A DNA stretch of 64,000 nt. Source: Eledone cirrhosa (taxonomy: Eukaryota). Shown one piece after another: positions 14,112 through 26,937 of the stretch (position 1 is the stretch's first letter; the number at the start of each line of letters is the position of its first letter). Location: the NCBI GenBank assembly GCA_964016885.1, contig OZ024746.1, positions 10,540,001 to 10,604,000 on the forward strand, read 5' to 3'. A model generated the notes under the pieces. That model had not been told where the DNA came from. It was given only the letters and a program-made list of their open reading frames with translations, and made no database searches. The translations under genes were made by a program, and so were the position numbers.

Positions 14112-14693
14112 ACCACCACCACACCACACCACCACCGCCACCACACCACACCACACCACACCACACCACACCACCACCACCAGCACCACCACACCACCAC
14201 CACCACCACACCACCACCACCAGCACCACCACACCACCACCACCACCACACCACCACCATAACCACCACCACCACTACACCACCACCACCACCACCACCA
14301 CACCACCACCATAACCACCACCACCACTACACCACCACCACCACCACCACCACCACCACCACACCACCACACCACCACCACCACCAGCACCACCACACCA
14401 CCACCACCACCACCACCACTTCACCACCACACCACCACACCACCACCACTCCACCACCATAACCACCACCACTACCACCACCACACCACCACACCACATA
14501 TCCCCCCCACACCACCACCACCATCACACCACACCACACCAAACCACCACCACCACCACCACCAGCACCACCACACCACCACCACCACACCACCACCACA
14601 CCAAACCACCACCACCACCACCACCACCACCACACCACGACCACCACACCACCACACCACCACCACCACCACCACCACCACCACACCACCACA
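14112..14693. repeat. (ACC)n/(ACCAC)n simple repeat
   Basis: Direct inspection. Confidence 0.9.
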
Positions 14694-15097
14694 CCTTTCT
14701 CTCCGGTCAACAACTGATTCTTTTTTTCAAATACCACTTTGGAAGAAGAATCAGAATGGAGAGAGAGGTGCTGTACCCCAGCAAGTTTTATGAAAGGTGG
14801 GTGAATGTGGCGAGAATGGCCCGAGTGAATGGGCCTTCTCTCTATATCAGCCTGTAGGTTGAGGAAAAGGAGGAGGAGAGGAGGGGAGTACAAACTCTTC
14901 GTACTCCTGGAGATGAGGGTTGCACATTTTTTTCGGGGGTATGTGTTACCCATATAAACTGTCTCCCCCTATTGGGAAAAATCGACTAACTTTTTAAATT
15001 GCATTTGTGATAACATTTTACACGTTTTTATTGTATGTAAACTTCCCCCTTTGTATTTGTCCCCTTCTTTTGTGCCCCTGTGGCTAATAAAGAAACA
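14694..15097 (+). mobile_element. L1/Tx1-like LINE 3' end
   Basis: Open frame ...LILFFKYHFGRRIRMEREVLYPSKFYERWVNVARMARV...*, then a 3' UTR, AATAAA near 15087 and a (TCTA)n tail. Confidence 0.45.
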
Positions 15098-15339
15098 TAT
15101 CTATCTATCTATCTATCTATCTATATGTATATTATCATTATCATCATTTCTACCCCTACTTGACTTTTACTCCCTTCTTCTGATTTTCTCGAAAAACTTT
15201 CTCTATGGAAATGAAAATACATAAAATAATTAAATAGAAAAAAAAAAAAAACGGAAAAGAAAAAAAAAATTAAATAGTAATGGAGGTGGGGGAGATAGCA
15301 GCAAACTCTACATCTTAGTCTATGTGGTATGTCTCAGTT

Positions 15340-15565
15340 GCATCCACGGAGAAAATGGTGAAACCATTTCTGAGGAGAACAGCCAGTGACACTCGCTGCA
15401 CCAGCCACACTACCTCACGGGTTTCATTCTGCAGACGCGGGATGCACTCATCATGAATTTGCAGAGGAAAACAGCACTTCAGGTAGACCGAGGACACACG
15501 AGGCCTCAATGGCGACCGACATGAAAAGTAAGTGGTTAGTCAGATCCCGGTATTTACTACAATTA
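15340..15565 (-). mobile_element. CRE-like LINE 3' fragment, copy 2
   Basis: SKYRDLTNHLLFMSVAIEASCVLG / REVVWLVQRVSLAVLLRNGFTIFS. Confidence 0.6.
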
Positions 15566-16027
15566 TCTCCCCTGTGTTATGTTATGGATGGGAGAACAGT
15601 ATAAGAGAAGTATTTTTGTCATTCTTTGCTCTAAATTATTTCAGTTGTGTGCGTACAGTTGTATATTAAGAAATGATAAAGTTGTTTTTTATATCTAGTT
15701 GTTTGTGTTGTTGGTTCCTGTTAGGGGGATGGGTGCTCAAATAGGGATTAGATGGTTGTATTTTCAGGGTGTTTGTAAAATTATAAGTAATAGATATTAT
15801 TGGGAAAGGTGCGGTCAAAGGAAATTTGCTTGTCTATTGATCGGCCAAGCGGGAATGTTTCGGCTGTGGAGAATTATAAGATATTTTTGGTTTACCTAAG
15901 TTACAGGATTTATGAGTTCGTCTGTGTGATACATACATATATGTACTTTCATTCAATTATACACACATAGCATAACACACATAGCATAACACACATAGCA
16001 TAACACACATAGCATAACACACATAGC

Positions 16028-16145
<118 letters not shown>

Positions 16146-16349
16146 CAGTTTCTAACAGATAATAATTCCATTATAATTTAGACATCAACTAGTTAAATAT
16201 GTACGTATGAGTGTGTGTGTGTATTTGTGTGTATGTATGTGTGTGCAGGTATAGGTGTATATGTATGTGTGGATTTGTATGTTTTGAGTTATATGTGTTC
16301 ATGTCCATATGTTTCTATATCTATACATGTATATATACAGTTATTACAA

Positions 16350-17060
16350 ACTTAATTTCTGAAATGTTTTACATATTTCTACAGTTTCATTAATTGTCTG
16401 TACTTGCAACTTCGTAACTAGCCGTGTCCTTTCTTATTCTCAAGATTTATTCTGAGGCAGTTACTAACATATCCCAGTGCCTCAATAATCACAGGTACAA
16501 ATCTAAAAGTATAGTCACAGTGGAGTATCTGCAGATTCCTCTTAGTTCAGCATAAATGTTCTCTTTTTTTGCTAATCTTTAGCATTGTATTGACATCTGC
16601 TGGGCAGCTAACTTCTTCCACTACTATGCATGCTTTCTTTTACCTGCCCCATATTATTATATCTGGTCTAATATACTTGTTTTTTATTAGAGTTTTTACT
16701 GGAACATTTCACCAGTACCCTTTCATATTATGTATGTGTGTCGTCCACATTGCTGTAACTTTTATACGTTTAAACTCATGGCTATCCTTTCTACGGATTT
16801 CATTATATAGTTTTTGGCCACTACATCATACCTCATAGGTAGATAGTACCGTAATGATATCTTTGGACAGCTGGTTATGACATTGGTGACATCTTCGATG
16901 TTAATTCCACAGAATCTTCATCTGTTGTCACATCTAAATATTTTGCCTGCATCTCTATCTCTTTTGTGAATGAGATATTTTGTAGATATTTCCTGTTCTT
17001 GGATTGCAAAAAAATATCCTTCAAAGTGAGAGTTAATATATCTAAGTCGGTGTTTTGGCT
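16350..17060 (-). mobile_element. Decayed copy of the same R4/Dong-like LINE
   Basis: Minus-strand EGYFFAIQEQEISTKYLIHKR matches EGYLYAIQEQELPTKYLLHKR of the 63 kb copy; the rest has many stops and frameshifts. Confidence 0.7.
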
Positions 17061-17094
17061 GTGCCCAGGGGACAAAACTGTAAAGGCATTTCAA

Positions 17095-17240
17095 CGGACA
17101 ATGGCCAGCAACATCTGTTGCAATAGCCACCCCAACTCACGGAGCTCCTTCCTCAGATGGCCTGCTGACATTACAATTTTACGGAAGAGCTCGGTTGTAG
17201 GGGATCCGGGGACGCCTGAGGTCTCGACAACGACCGAAAA
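17095..17240 (-). mobile_element. CRE-like LINE fragment, copy 3
   Basis: VVVETSGVPG...KELRELGWLLQQMLLA aligns to the other two fragments. Confidence 0.55.
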
Positions 17241-17529
17241 TATAGTTGACATAAAATAAAAAAAAATATTCTTATGATATTTTTATTTGAAAATTCTCTT
17301 TTCAGGACAATTTCAGCAGAGTTGGGTTTTTCATAGTAGTAAAACTCCTTTAATGAAAATTATAATTTTCTTCTACGACAAAAAAAAACCAATAGAGGCA
17401 GTGCAATTTTTTGCTGTAATGATTTTCTATAATTAATTCAAGACTTTAATCAGCTACTTTGATGCCAACAACTGCCACAAGGGAGCCAGCTATTTTCAGA
17501 AGTCAACTACTCCATTGAAGCGCGAAATA

Positions 17530-18117
17530 GCAGCAGCATCAGCAGTAGAAACAGCTACAGCAGCAGCAGCAGCAGCAGTAGAATTGCAGCAACAGTAGTT
17601 GTAGTAGTCGTAGTAGTAGTCGCAGCAGTTGCAGCAGCAGTAGCAATAATAGTAGCAGCAGCAGCAGCAGCAGCACCAACAGCGCGGTAGTAGCAGCACT
17701 AGTTGTAGTAGTAGTAGCAGCAGTAGTAGTAGTAGTAGTAGCAGCAGCAGTAGTAGTAGTAGCAGCAGCAGCAGCAGCAGCAGTAGTAGCAGCAGCAGCA
17801 GAAGTAGTAGCAGCAGCAGTAGTAGTAGTAGTAGTAGCAGCAGCAGTAGTAGTAGTAGTAGCAGCAGCAGCAGCAGCAGTAGTAGCAGCAGCAGAAGTAG
17901 TAGCAGCAGCAGTAGTAGTAGTAATAGTAGTAGCAGCAGTAGTAGTAGTAGTAGTAGCAGTAGTAGTAGCAGCAGCAGTAGTAGTAGTAGTAGCAGTAGT
18001 AGTAGTAGTAGCAGCAGCAGTAGTAGTAGTAGTAGCAGTAGTAGTAGCAGCAGCAGCAATAGTAGTAGTAGCAGCAGCACCAGCAGCAGCAGTAGCAGCA
18101 GCAGTAGTAGTAGTAGT

Positions 18118-18158
<41 letters not shown>

Positions 18159-18195
18159 TAGCAGCAACAGCAGTAATAGTAGCAGCAGCATTAGA

Positions 18196-18247
<52 letters not shown>

Positions 18248-18272
18248 ACAGCAGCAGCAGTAGTAGCAGTAG
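17530..18272. repeat. (CAG)n/(TAG)n compound microsatellite
   Basis: Direct inspection. Confidence 0.9.
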
Positions 18273-18475
18273 TGTGAAAAAGCACAACATGCAAAGTGAA
18301 GAGAACGCTGTTCCGGTGTAACGCCAGTCATTGATATCTGTCCGCCATTTAACTTCACAAATGGAAGAAGAAAAAAACTGATCGACTGGAGTCTGAAGGA
18401 AATATTGGGATATTTGATGCATGCTTGCTCGTATTGTTGGTCGTGATAGCATGTTGTCTCACTGCCCTCACCCAC

Positions 18476-18530
<55 letters not shown>

Positions 18531-18675
18531 ATAAAGAAGAAGCACGCAAACATACGCTCCCACACACATATACATGCACACAAGCTCACATATGTGTCCA
18601 TGTATATGTGTGAATATGCCTCCTTCTCTCTTTATATCCCTCTTCTTTCTCTCACACACACACTCTCTCTCTCTC

Positions 18676-18766
<91 letters not shown>

Positions 18767-18805
18767 GCGTTATGGTCCATCTGGTTCCTTACCACAACTC
18801 CTCCG

Positions 18806-18863
<58 letters not shown>

Positions 18864-19625
18864 GTATATATATATATATGTATATATATAGGAACCAGAT
18901 GAACCATAACGCACCAGAGTACTCAATACTTAGGGTAGTAGAGTGGGTAATAGGTGAAAGTATGACCCCGACGGCAGAGCTCAAACCGTTTCGATGGCTA
19001 TTACTAAAACAAAACAAAAAAACAAAAAAAAAGTACCATGAAAAAAAGTGCCCCCAAATGGGGAGAAATGAGGAAAATTGGGGAGATTTTACATTATGAA
19101 AGCTATACCCATTTTCACAAGAGAATACATCTCTGATCCACCCCAAAGTTGGTGGGAGATCTCCCTGTCCGACGGGGTGAGTTGACAGGTCTGTAGTTGA
19201 TATACATGCATAAATTCTAGAATTATTCTTGTTAATGTTGAACTTGCTTACTCTATCAGCCACAGATTTACAAACTTACCAGTAAGTCCACCAACTATTA
19301 ACTTAAAAATCAATATATTATTATTATTTTTTGTCAATTATTTTGTGTTAAATTTCTGTTTCGATGTAGTGGATGTGGCTTATCTTCCTTCCAAACTTGA
19401 TCTCAAGAGAGTTAGAAATGTTTGTGACAAGACGAGATTAAAACGACACTCGTGCTGTTATCTGCTAATATTGTGTTTTGAAGTTTATTCCAGTACGGCA
19501 ATCTGAAAATCTGTGTGGCTTCTACGCGAGGAAACTATTAGAATTTACCAGATTGGTTCTGGCCTATCAAATTAAAGTAATAAATTACTGCATCGTATTC
19601 TTTCCTATGCCTCTACTGCTAGCGT

Positions 19626-19666
<41 letters not shown>

Positions 19667-19816
19667 CATACATATATACAAACATACAAGCATACATACA
19701 TGCATATATTCATACATACATATATGCAAAAATACATACATGCATGTATATATTTATATGAACACACTTAAACATACATACATGTATGTATGTATGTATG
19801 TATGTATGTATACATG

Positions 19817-19856
<40 letters not shown>

Positions 19857-20479
19857 CTGGCGGCATACGTCTCTTGTGATTTGAACGCATATATGTATAT
19901 ATCTGTGTTTTTCTCTCTTTATTATATTATATTATACGGCTCGGAAAACTCTTTCCGGGAGGTATTTTAATTACAGGGGACTATTGTGAGTTTTTAAGTC
20001 AATATATACTCTTGATACACACACACACACGCGCATATATATATTTATATATTATGGTTATATATATATATATATATATATATAAATATTAATTGGTGGA
20101 TTTATCTGTATATATATATATATATATGTGGAAAATGTATATATATATATGTGTGGAAAATGTTCGGTTTGTTTACAAACAAACCGAACATTATAATAAA
20201 TGTTCGGTAAACCCATACGTTACACATATATATATATGTGTGCATGTATGTATATATATATACACACTACTGTACGTCTGTATATATATATATATATATA
20301 CGTATACATACTTATATTTAGGTATCAGCCGTACTAAGAGTGAGAAATGAAATTTCGTTTCATTCTTTTCCATTTATCGTTTTCGGTTGCCCAGCCGACT
20401 AACTCACTCGATATGTAAATTAGGCTGCTCAGCCGTTAATATGCATAAGGAAAGTATATACTTTCAAACGTTGAATCAT

Positions 20480-20548
20480 CTGACAGAAAGGTATACGATG
20501 CTGACGATAGCTAATAAGCTTGAAACTAGTACATCGTTCCTGTGTCAG
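20480..20548 (+). ncRNA. Type-I hammerhead ribozyme, canonical core
   Basis: ACGATG-CTGACGA-tAGCT(aata)AGCTt-GAAAC-TA-GTA-CATCGT. Stem I is extended by CTGACA/TGTCAG, stem III is the palindrome ACTAGT, predicted cut after 20531. Confidence 0.85.
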
Positions 20549-21673
20549 TGTTGAACAAAAGGGCGACGATGGTTGCCAAGCATTGTACGGCGTAATTCGG
20601 GCTGTTTGTTTACAAACAAACCGAACATTATAATAAATGTTCGGTAAACCCCTACGTACATATATATATATATGTGTGCATGTATGTATATATATATATA
20701 CATACTACTGTACGTCTGTACACATATATGTATGTACGTATACATACTTATATATATATATATATATGTATATATAGATAAATCTACCAAAATATACGGT
20801 AGTGTTCAATCCGTATGAAGAACTCAATGTAATCCAAATATCATGAACAGAGAAGATGTATTCAACATTTTTTCGATGAGAAACACAGGAAAACAGAGTC
20901 AAGATAAATAATAAAAATAATGAATAAAAACAAAGAAACAGTTCCTTATATTAAAAAATTCATCATTTTACGATCGTTTCTAGGATATATATGTGTGTGT
21001 TGGTATGTATATCATATAGATCTATGTAAACATTTTACAAACTATCAGAGGGAATATACATACCTACACATATATATGCTGTCTTCAGAAATAAATTTCT
21101 GAAGACAGCATATATATGTGTAGGTATGTATATTCCCTCTGATAGTTTGCTAATTTCGTGTAAATCAATCCGATATTAGCTTTTCGGTTAGCCGATATTG
21201 ATCAATAACGATCGGTGTAATCAGGATCACTTGAAATAGTATAGCTTGTCCAATATGATATTACCAGGTAGGTGTGTGACGGCGTGTTGGTACAGGTAGG
21301 AATTAGAAGGCAGTAGGTTAGAATTCCACCACATTCTGTAGAGTAACCTTACCCAAAGACCCGTCGGCGACATGAATTCTTGATTGTATTCTTTCAGTCA
21401 TTCCCCAAGATCCATGACCATAGGTGAGGGTTAGCACCAATACCGAATTTAAGATAGTAAATTTGACTTTTACACACGCCTCCCTTCTGATGACTGACGC
21501 TGAAGATGGCGCTTTACTGTACTAACTCCTGCAATTCTGACACATAATTCAGCCGCCTTTGTGTGTGTGTGTATGTGTGTGTGTGTGTGTGCGTACGTGC
21601 GCGTGTGTGTATGTCTGTGCGTATGTTTTACGAACGTATGTAAACGTATGTAAACAACCATGAAGGTATGCAC

Positions 21674-21739
<66 letters not shown>

Positions 21740-21966
21740 ATGTATGTGTGTGGTGTGTGTGTAACAGTATATATATATATATATATATATATATTCTTTT
21801 ACCTATTCCAGCTATCCGGCTGAGGCCAAGCTGGGGCTTCACACACACACACATATATATATATATATAAAATTACAAAATATGAGGAAATAATAGACAA
21901 AAATATACCTATTTTTTCTTCAAAGTCCCGATTGTAGTTTCGCCGATCCGTGTGCAACGATTTTTG

Positions 21967-22049
<83 letters not shown>

Positions 22050-22364
22050 GGAGGTGAGTTTTATTGTAGTACAATAAAGCAATGCAGATATCGGATAAGA
22101 AGCACTCTACAATTTGTAGGACTGGAGTATACATAATATATAAGAACAAAAGATGGTTAAAAGAGTTCCATGTATTTTATTATGCGCATTTCAAAAACAA
22201 ATATCATCATGCAATAATATTTGTGTTTTCATCAGATAAAACAGGAAGACATGATATGAAGGTTAAAAAACACTTGTGGATAGTGCAGTTTTAAATCAAC
22301 ATATAATGTTGATTTAAAACTGCACTATCCACAAGTGTTTTTTAACCTTCATATCATGTCTTCC

Positions 22365-22435
22365 TGTTTTATCTGATGAAAACACAAATATTATTGCATG
22401 ATGATATTTGTTTTTGAAATGCGCATAATAAAATA
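22365..22435 (+). ncRNA. Type-I hammerhead motif (mirrored on the minus strand in the same palindrome)
   Basis: TGTTTTAT-CTGATGA-long stem II (ACAAATAT...ATATTTGT)-GAAA-TGCGCA-TA-ATAAAATA; palindromic stem III. Confidence 0.75.
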
Positions 22436-22463
22436 CATGGAACTCTTTTAACCATCTTTTGTT

Positions 22464-22505
<42 letters not shown>

Positions 22506-22572
22506 TATATATATACTGTTACGCATACATACGTATATATATATATACATATATATATACATATATATATAT

Positions 22573-22610
<38 letters not shown>

Positions 22611-22650
22611 GTAAAAGAAACCAAAGAACGCTTACATACTCAAACAGTTT

Positions 22651-22708
22651 TTATTTGCTTACAATGTTTCATCCATACCATTGGGTAGGATTCATCAGAG
22701 CTTAATAA
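22651..22708 (-). ncRNA. Type-I hammerhead ribozyme
   Basis: Minus strand: GCT-CTGATGA-ATCCTACC(caat)GGTAtGGAT-GAAAC-ATT-GTA-AGC, inside a 370-bp insert between (TA)n tracts. Confidence 0.8.
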
Positions 22709-22974
22709 ACACATTGCTGAGTATAAGCTCTACCAAGCTTAGTCACACGAACAATCGGAATACAATAGAGGGCAAAGATAGGGAGAACGGAGATGGCGAA
22801 TAAGGAGATAGTACATGCTGGGGTTGTTAAGCACCACAGCTAAATGTTAGGGCACAACCATATTTTACAAGATACAGATACAATTGATGGCACACAAAAT
22901 AAAAAAATACAAACAATGGTTAAAAGATAATAAAAAAGTAATATAAAGAGATAAAAAGTGAATAAAAAGGTAGA

Positions 22975-23032
<58 letters not shown>

Positions 23033-23797
23033 CTAGGAATTGATCAACATATATATAAATAAATATAAACATGAAAAATCACAGGAGATAATACTGCTCC
23101 TTAATTGTAGAGCTAACTCTGTTGAAGGGAATTGACTGCTATTTCTAGTTGACGAATACCTATTCACGCCACTGAAACGAAGCCCCTGTGATGTGTAATA
23201 TCAACACGTGGTAGCGGCCAGTTTAAGATTTTGACTCGAAGTGTAAACATGGATCGCTTGATATTGTTCTTCCTTGTTGATAATCCAATAATATCCACTT
23301 TCCGTGACTTACCATCTGATTAATTGGTGAAATATATTTCTTTAAGGAAATATATACAGGGAAGATTAATCATTAAAAGGTATCTATTTTTGAAGTTCTA
23401 GTTAACTTTATTTATTTGTTACCTACTAGCCATGCGTGGTTACACGCTTGTAAAAATTATCTCCTGTGATTTTTCATGTTTATAATTATTTATATATATG
23501 TTGATCAATTCCTAGTTATTAAAATGCTCGTATTTACAAAGTCCTAGAGCTTATTTTCCGGGCGATATGGCGCATTCCGTTAAGGAATGACACCCATAAT
23601 TTCGATTCTGATTGAATTCTTTTAATCTATCTTAATTTTGGATATATATATATATATATATATACGTTATTCCGGGTTGAATCGGAGGTAACCACAGTAA
23701 GTAAGGTACTCAATACATTGCAGAGTATAAAAGTTTTAATATAGATGAGATTCTACAGGACTAGAACTGTTTCATTCTTTAGAAATCATCAGGAATC

Positions 23798-23834
23798 CTG
23801 ATGATTTCTAAAGAATGAAACAGTTCTAGTCCTG
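23798..23834 (+). ncRNA. Hammerhead core in a palindrome, with the 5' strand of stem I disrupted
   Basis: CTGATGA-tTTC(taaa)GAAt-GAAAC-AGTTC; mirrored on the minus strand from 23792. Confidence 0.5.
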
Positions 23835-23860
23835 TAGAATCTCATCTATATCTATATCTA

Positions 23861-23909
<49 letters not shown>

Positions 23910-23985
23910 GCGCATTCGTTCATGCTTGTTTACATACGTACGTTCGCAATACATACGCATCGACATACATGCGCGCGCACACACA

Positions 23986-24080
<95 letters not shown>

Positions 24081-24090
24081 GCACGCACAC

Positions 24091-24133
<43 letters not shown>

Positions 24134-24245
24134 CACACACACACACGTATATTTTTTTCGTTTGATTAATTCCCCGAAAAAGTCATAAGACTGTCTGTTG
24201 AATCGTTGAAGTTTCATCTCATCGGTAAAATATCTCACTCAGTTG

Positions 24246-24279
<34 letters not shown>

Positions 24280-24284
24280 CACAC

Positions 24285-24369
<85 letters not shown>

Positions 24370-24419
24370 TATATATATATATAGCAATAATTTCTATACT
24401 TTTCATCTATATATATATA

Positions 24420-24456
<37 letters not shown>

Positions 24457-24514
24457 GTGTATGTGTGTATATATATATATATGTGTGTGTATATATATAT
24501 ATATATGTGTGTTA

Positions 24515-24558
<44 letters not shown>

Positions 24559-24782
24559 AGATCAAAAGATGGTTAAAGGAGTTCCATATATTTTATTATG
24601 CGCATTTCAAAAACAAACATCATCAAGCAATAATATTTGTGTTTTCATCAGATAAAACAGGAGAACATGATATGAAGGCTAAAAAACACTTGTGGATAGT
24701 GCAGTTTTAAATCAACATATGATATGTTGATTTAAAACTGCACTATCAACAAGTGTTTTTTAGCCTTCATATCATGTTCTCC

Positions 24783-24853
24783 TGTTTTATCTGATGAAAA
24801 CACAAATATTATTGCTTGATGATGTTTGTTTTTGAAATGCGCATAATAAAATA
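24783..24853 (+). ncRNA. Type-I hammerhead motif, second copy of the 22.4 kb family (also mirrored)
   Basis: Same architecture as 22365-22435 with a few substitutions. Confidence 0.72.
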
Positions 24854-24974
24854 TATGGAACTCCTTTAACCATCTTTTGATCTTATATTATGCATACTCC
24901 AGTCCCACAAACTGTAGAGTGCTTCTTATCCGATATCTGCATTGCTTTATTGTACTACAATAAAACTCACCTCC

Positions 24975-25067
<93 letters not shown>

Positions 25068-25069
25068 TA

Positions 25070-25169
<100 letters not shown>

Positions 25170-25439
25170 ATAAATCTGAATTAGTGAAAAGGAAAGAAAG
25201 ATGGAGACAACAAATAAATAAGAACAGAGTAATAAAGAACAACAGAAAATAAAAAGTATTTTGTTGTTATAGCAACGCTGTGCTAGCCATTGCCGCAGTG
25301 TCATTATGACACAACTCTGCAACCAGCGGCTATTTTCTTTCCATTTATATACAATGTGTTATGTAACACCTCTCTTGTATTTAGTCCTTGTTTTACATTT
25401 CAACTAGATTTGGTCACTGTATATTTTACTGGTTACATT

Positions 25440-26250
25440 ATAATTGTTTCTACTTTAGGCACAAGGCCAGTAATTACCCAGTACATTACTGGTACTTTAT
25501 TTTATTGACCTCGTAAGGATGAAAGGCAAAGTTAACCTCGGCGGGATTTGAACTCAGACCGTAAAGGGACGTAACTATGCTAGAAAGCATGGCGTCCAGC
25601 CCTCTACCCATACTGCAATTCACCACCCTACATTATAATGGCGGCGTTACATACATGTCATTCAAATCACAGAATAGTTTGTATTTTATCTGCAGGTCGC
25701 AGCTGAGATATACCACCCAGACCGGGGTGTACAATCTGCCACATTTCCCTCCCTATTTTTTTTAAAATTTTACTTTCATTATTTAATATCTTTGGAGGGC
25801 GTTGGATTGGCAGAACCGGTAGAGCGTCTGACAACATGCCTTGTGGCATAGTGTTACGGCCCTTTACGATCTGAGTTCAAATCCCGCCGAGGTTAACTTT
25901 GCCTTTCATCCTGACGAGGTCGATAAAATAAAGTATCAGTCACGCGCTGGGGGGTCGATTTAATCGACTTTCCCCTCCCCCAAAATTGCTGGCCTTGTGC
26001 CTATATAAGAAGCCATTATTTAATATCTTTGGAGGGCGTTGGATTGGCAGAATCGGTAGAGCGTCTGCGAATATGCCTTGCGACATAGAGTTACGGCCTT
26101 TTACGTTCTGAGTTCAAATCCCGCCGAGGTTACCTTTGTCTTTCATCCTTACAGGATCTATAAAATAAAGTACCAGTAGCGCAGTGGGGTCGATTTAATC
26201 GAATTTCCCCTTCCCTTCAAATTGCTGTGCCTAAAGTAGAAATAATTATC
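25440..26250. mobile_element. Cluster of three family A SINEs (25440-25628 minus; 25795-26020 and 26033-26250 plus)
   Basis: A-box TGGCAGAAyCGG, B-box GAGTTCAAATCC and the shared body. Confidence 0.8.
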
Positions 26251-26435
26251 TAATATCTTTCTATTTTTGTTTATTGCAAACATTAAGTAATTTAATCGAA
26301 TTTGTTCAATAAAAACTTATATAAATAAGTTTACTTGCTACCTATATGTTTAACGTCCATGTGGCCGAAAACAGCTCCACGAAAGTGTTCAAATTTAAAA
26401 CAAAATCCTGGACTGAAATCTTGTTATTACATCGT

Positions 26436-26750
26436 GAAGGTACGTGGTTTAGTGATTAGGGTGTTCGGCTAAGATCGTAAATCTGTGAATTTAATTCCCG
26501 GTGTTGCGTTATGTCCTTGAGCAAGACACTTTATTTCACGTTGTTCCAGGCCGCTCAGTAGAAAAAAAAAGGTGTTGTAGAGGTTATTCGAAGGACCAGT
26601 CTTGCCACACACTGTGTTGCACTGAATCTCCCTGAGAACTGCGTTAAGGGTGAACATATCTGTGGAATGTTTAGCCAATTGCACGTTAATTCACAAGCAG
26701 GCTGTTTTGTTGTTCGAACAACTGGAACACTCATCGCTTGAACTGACGTT
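26436..26750 (+). mobile_element. SINE family B
   Basis: Same head and CORE-like segment, plus 3' body (ctgaatctccctgagaact...caactggaacactc). Confidence 0.75.
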
Positions 26751-26937
26751 CACGGTGACTATACTAAGCCTGACTTTAATTACCTCTCATATTTCTCCAG
26801 CTCTACCTGCACCATAAACAATAAAACATAAAACATAAATCGTTTTTTAAACAAGTTTTAGCTCATTTATTGTATTTTATTATAGTCTAGCTTCTCTCAG
26901 CTCCCTATCGTTTACTCTTCTTACCTGGCTCTAACTG

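Noticed and set aside
17496-18452. Poly-Leu and poly-Ala/Thr ORFs
   Set aside because: Translations of a CAG/TAG microsatellite.
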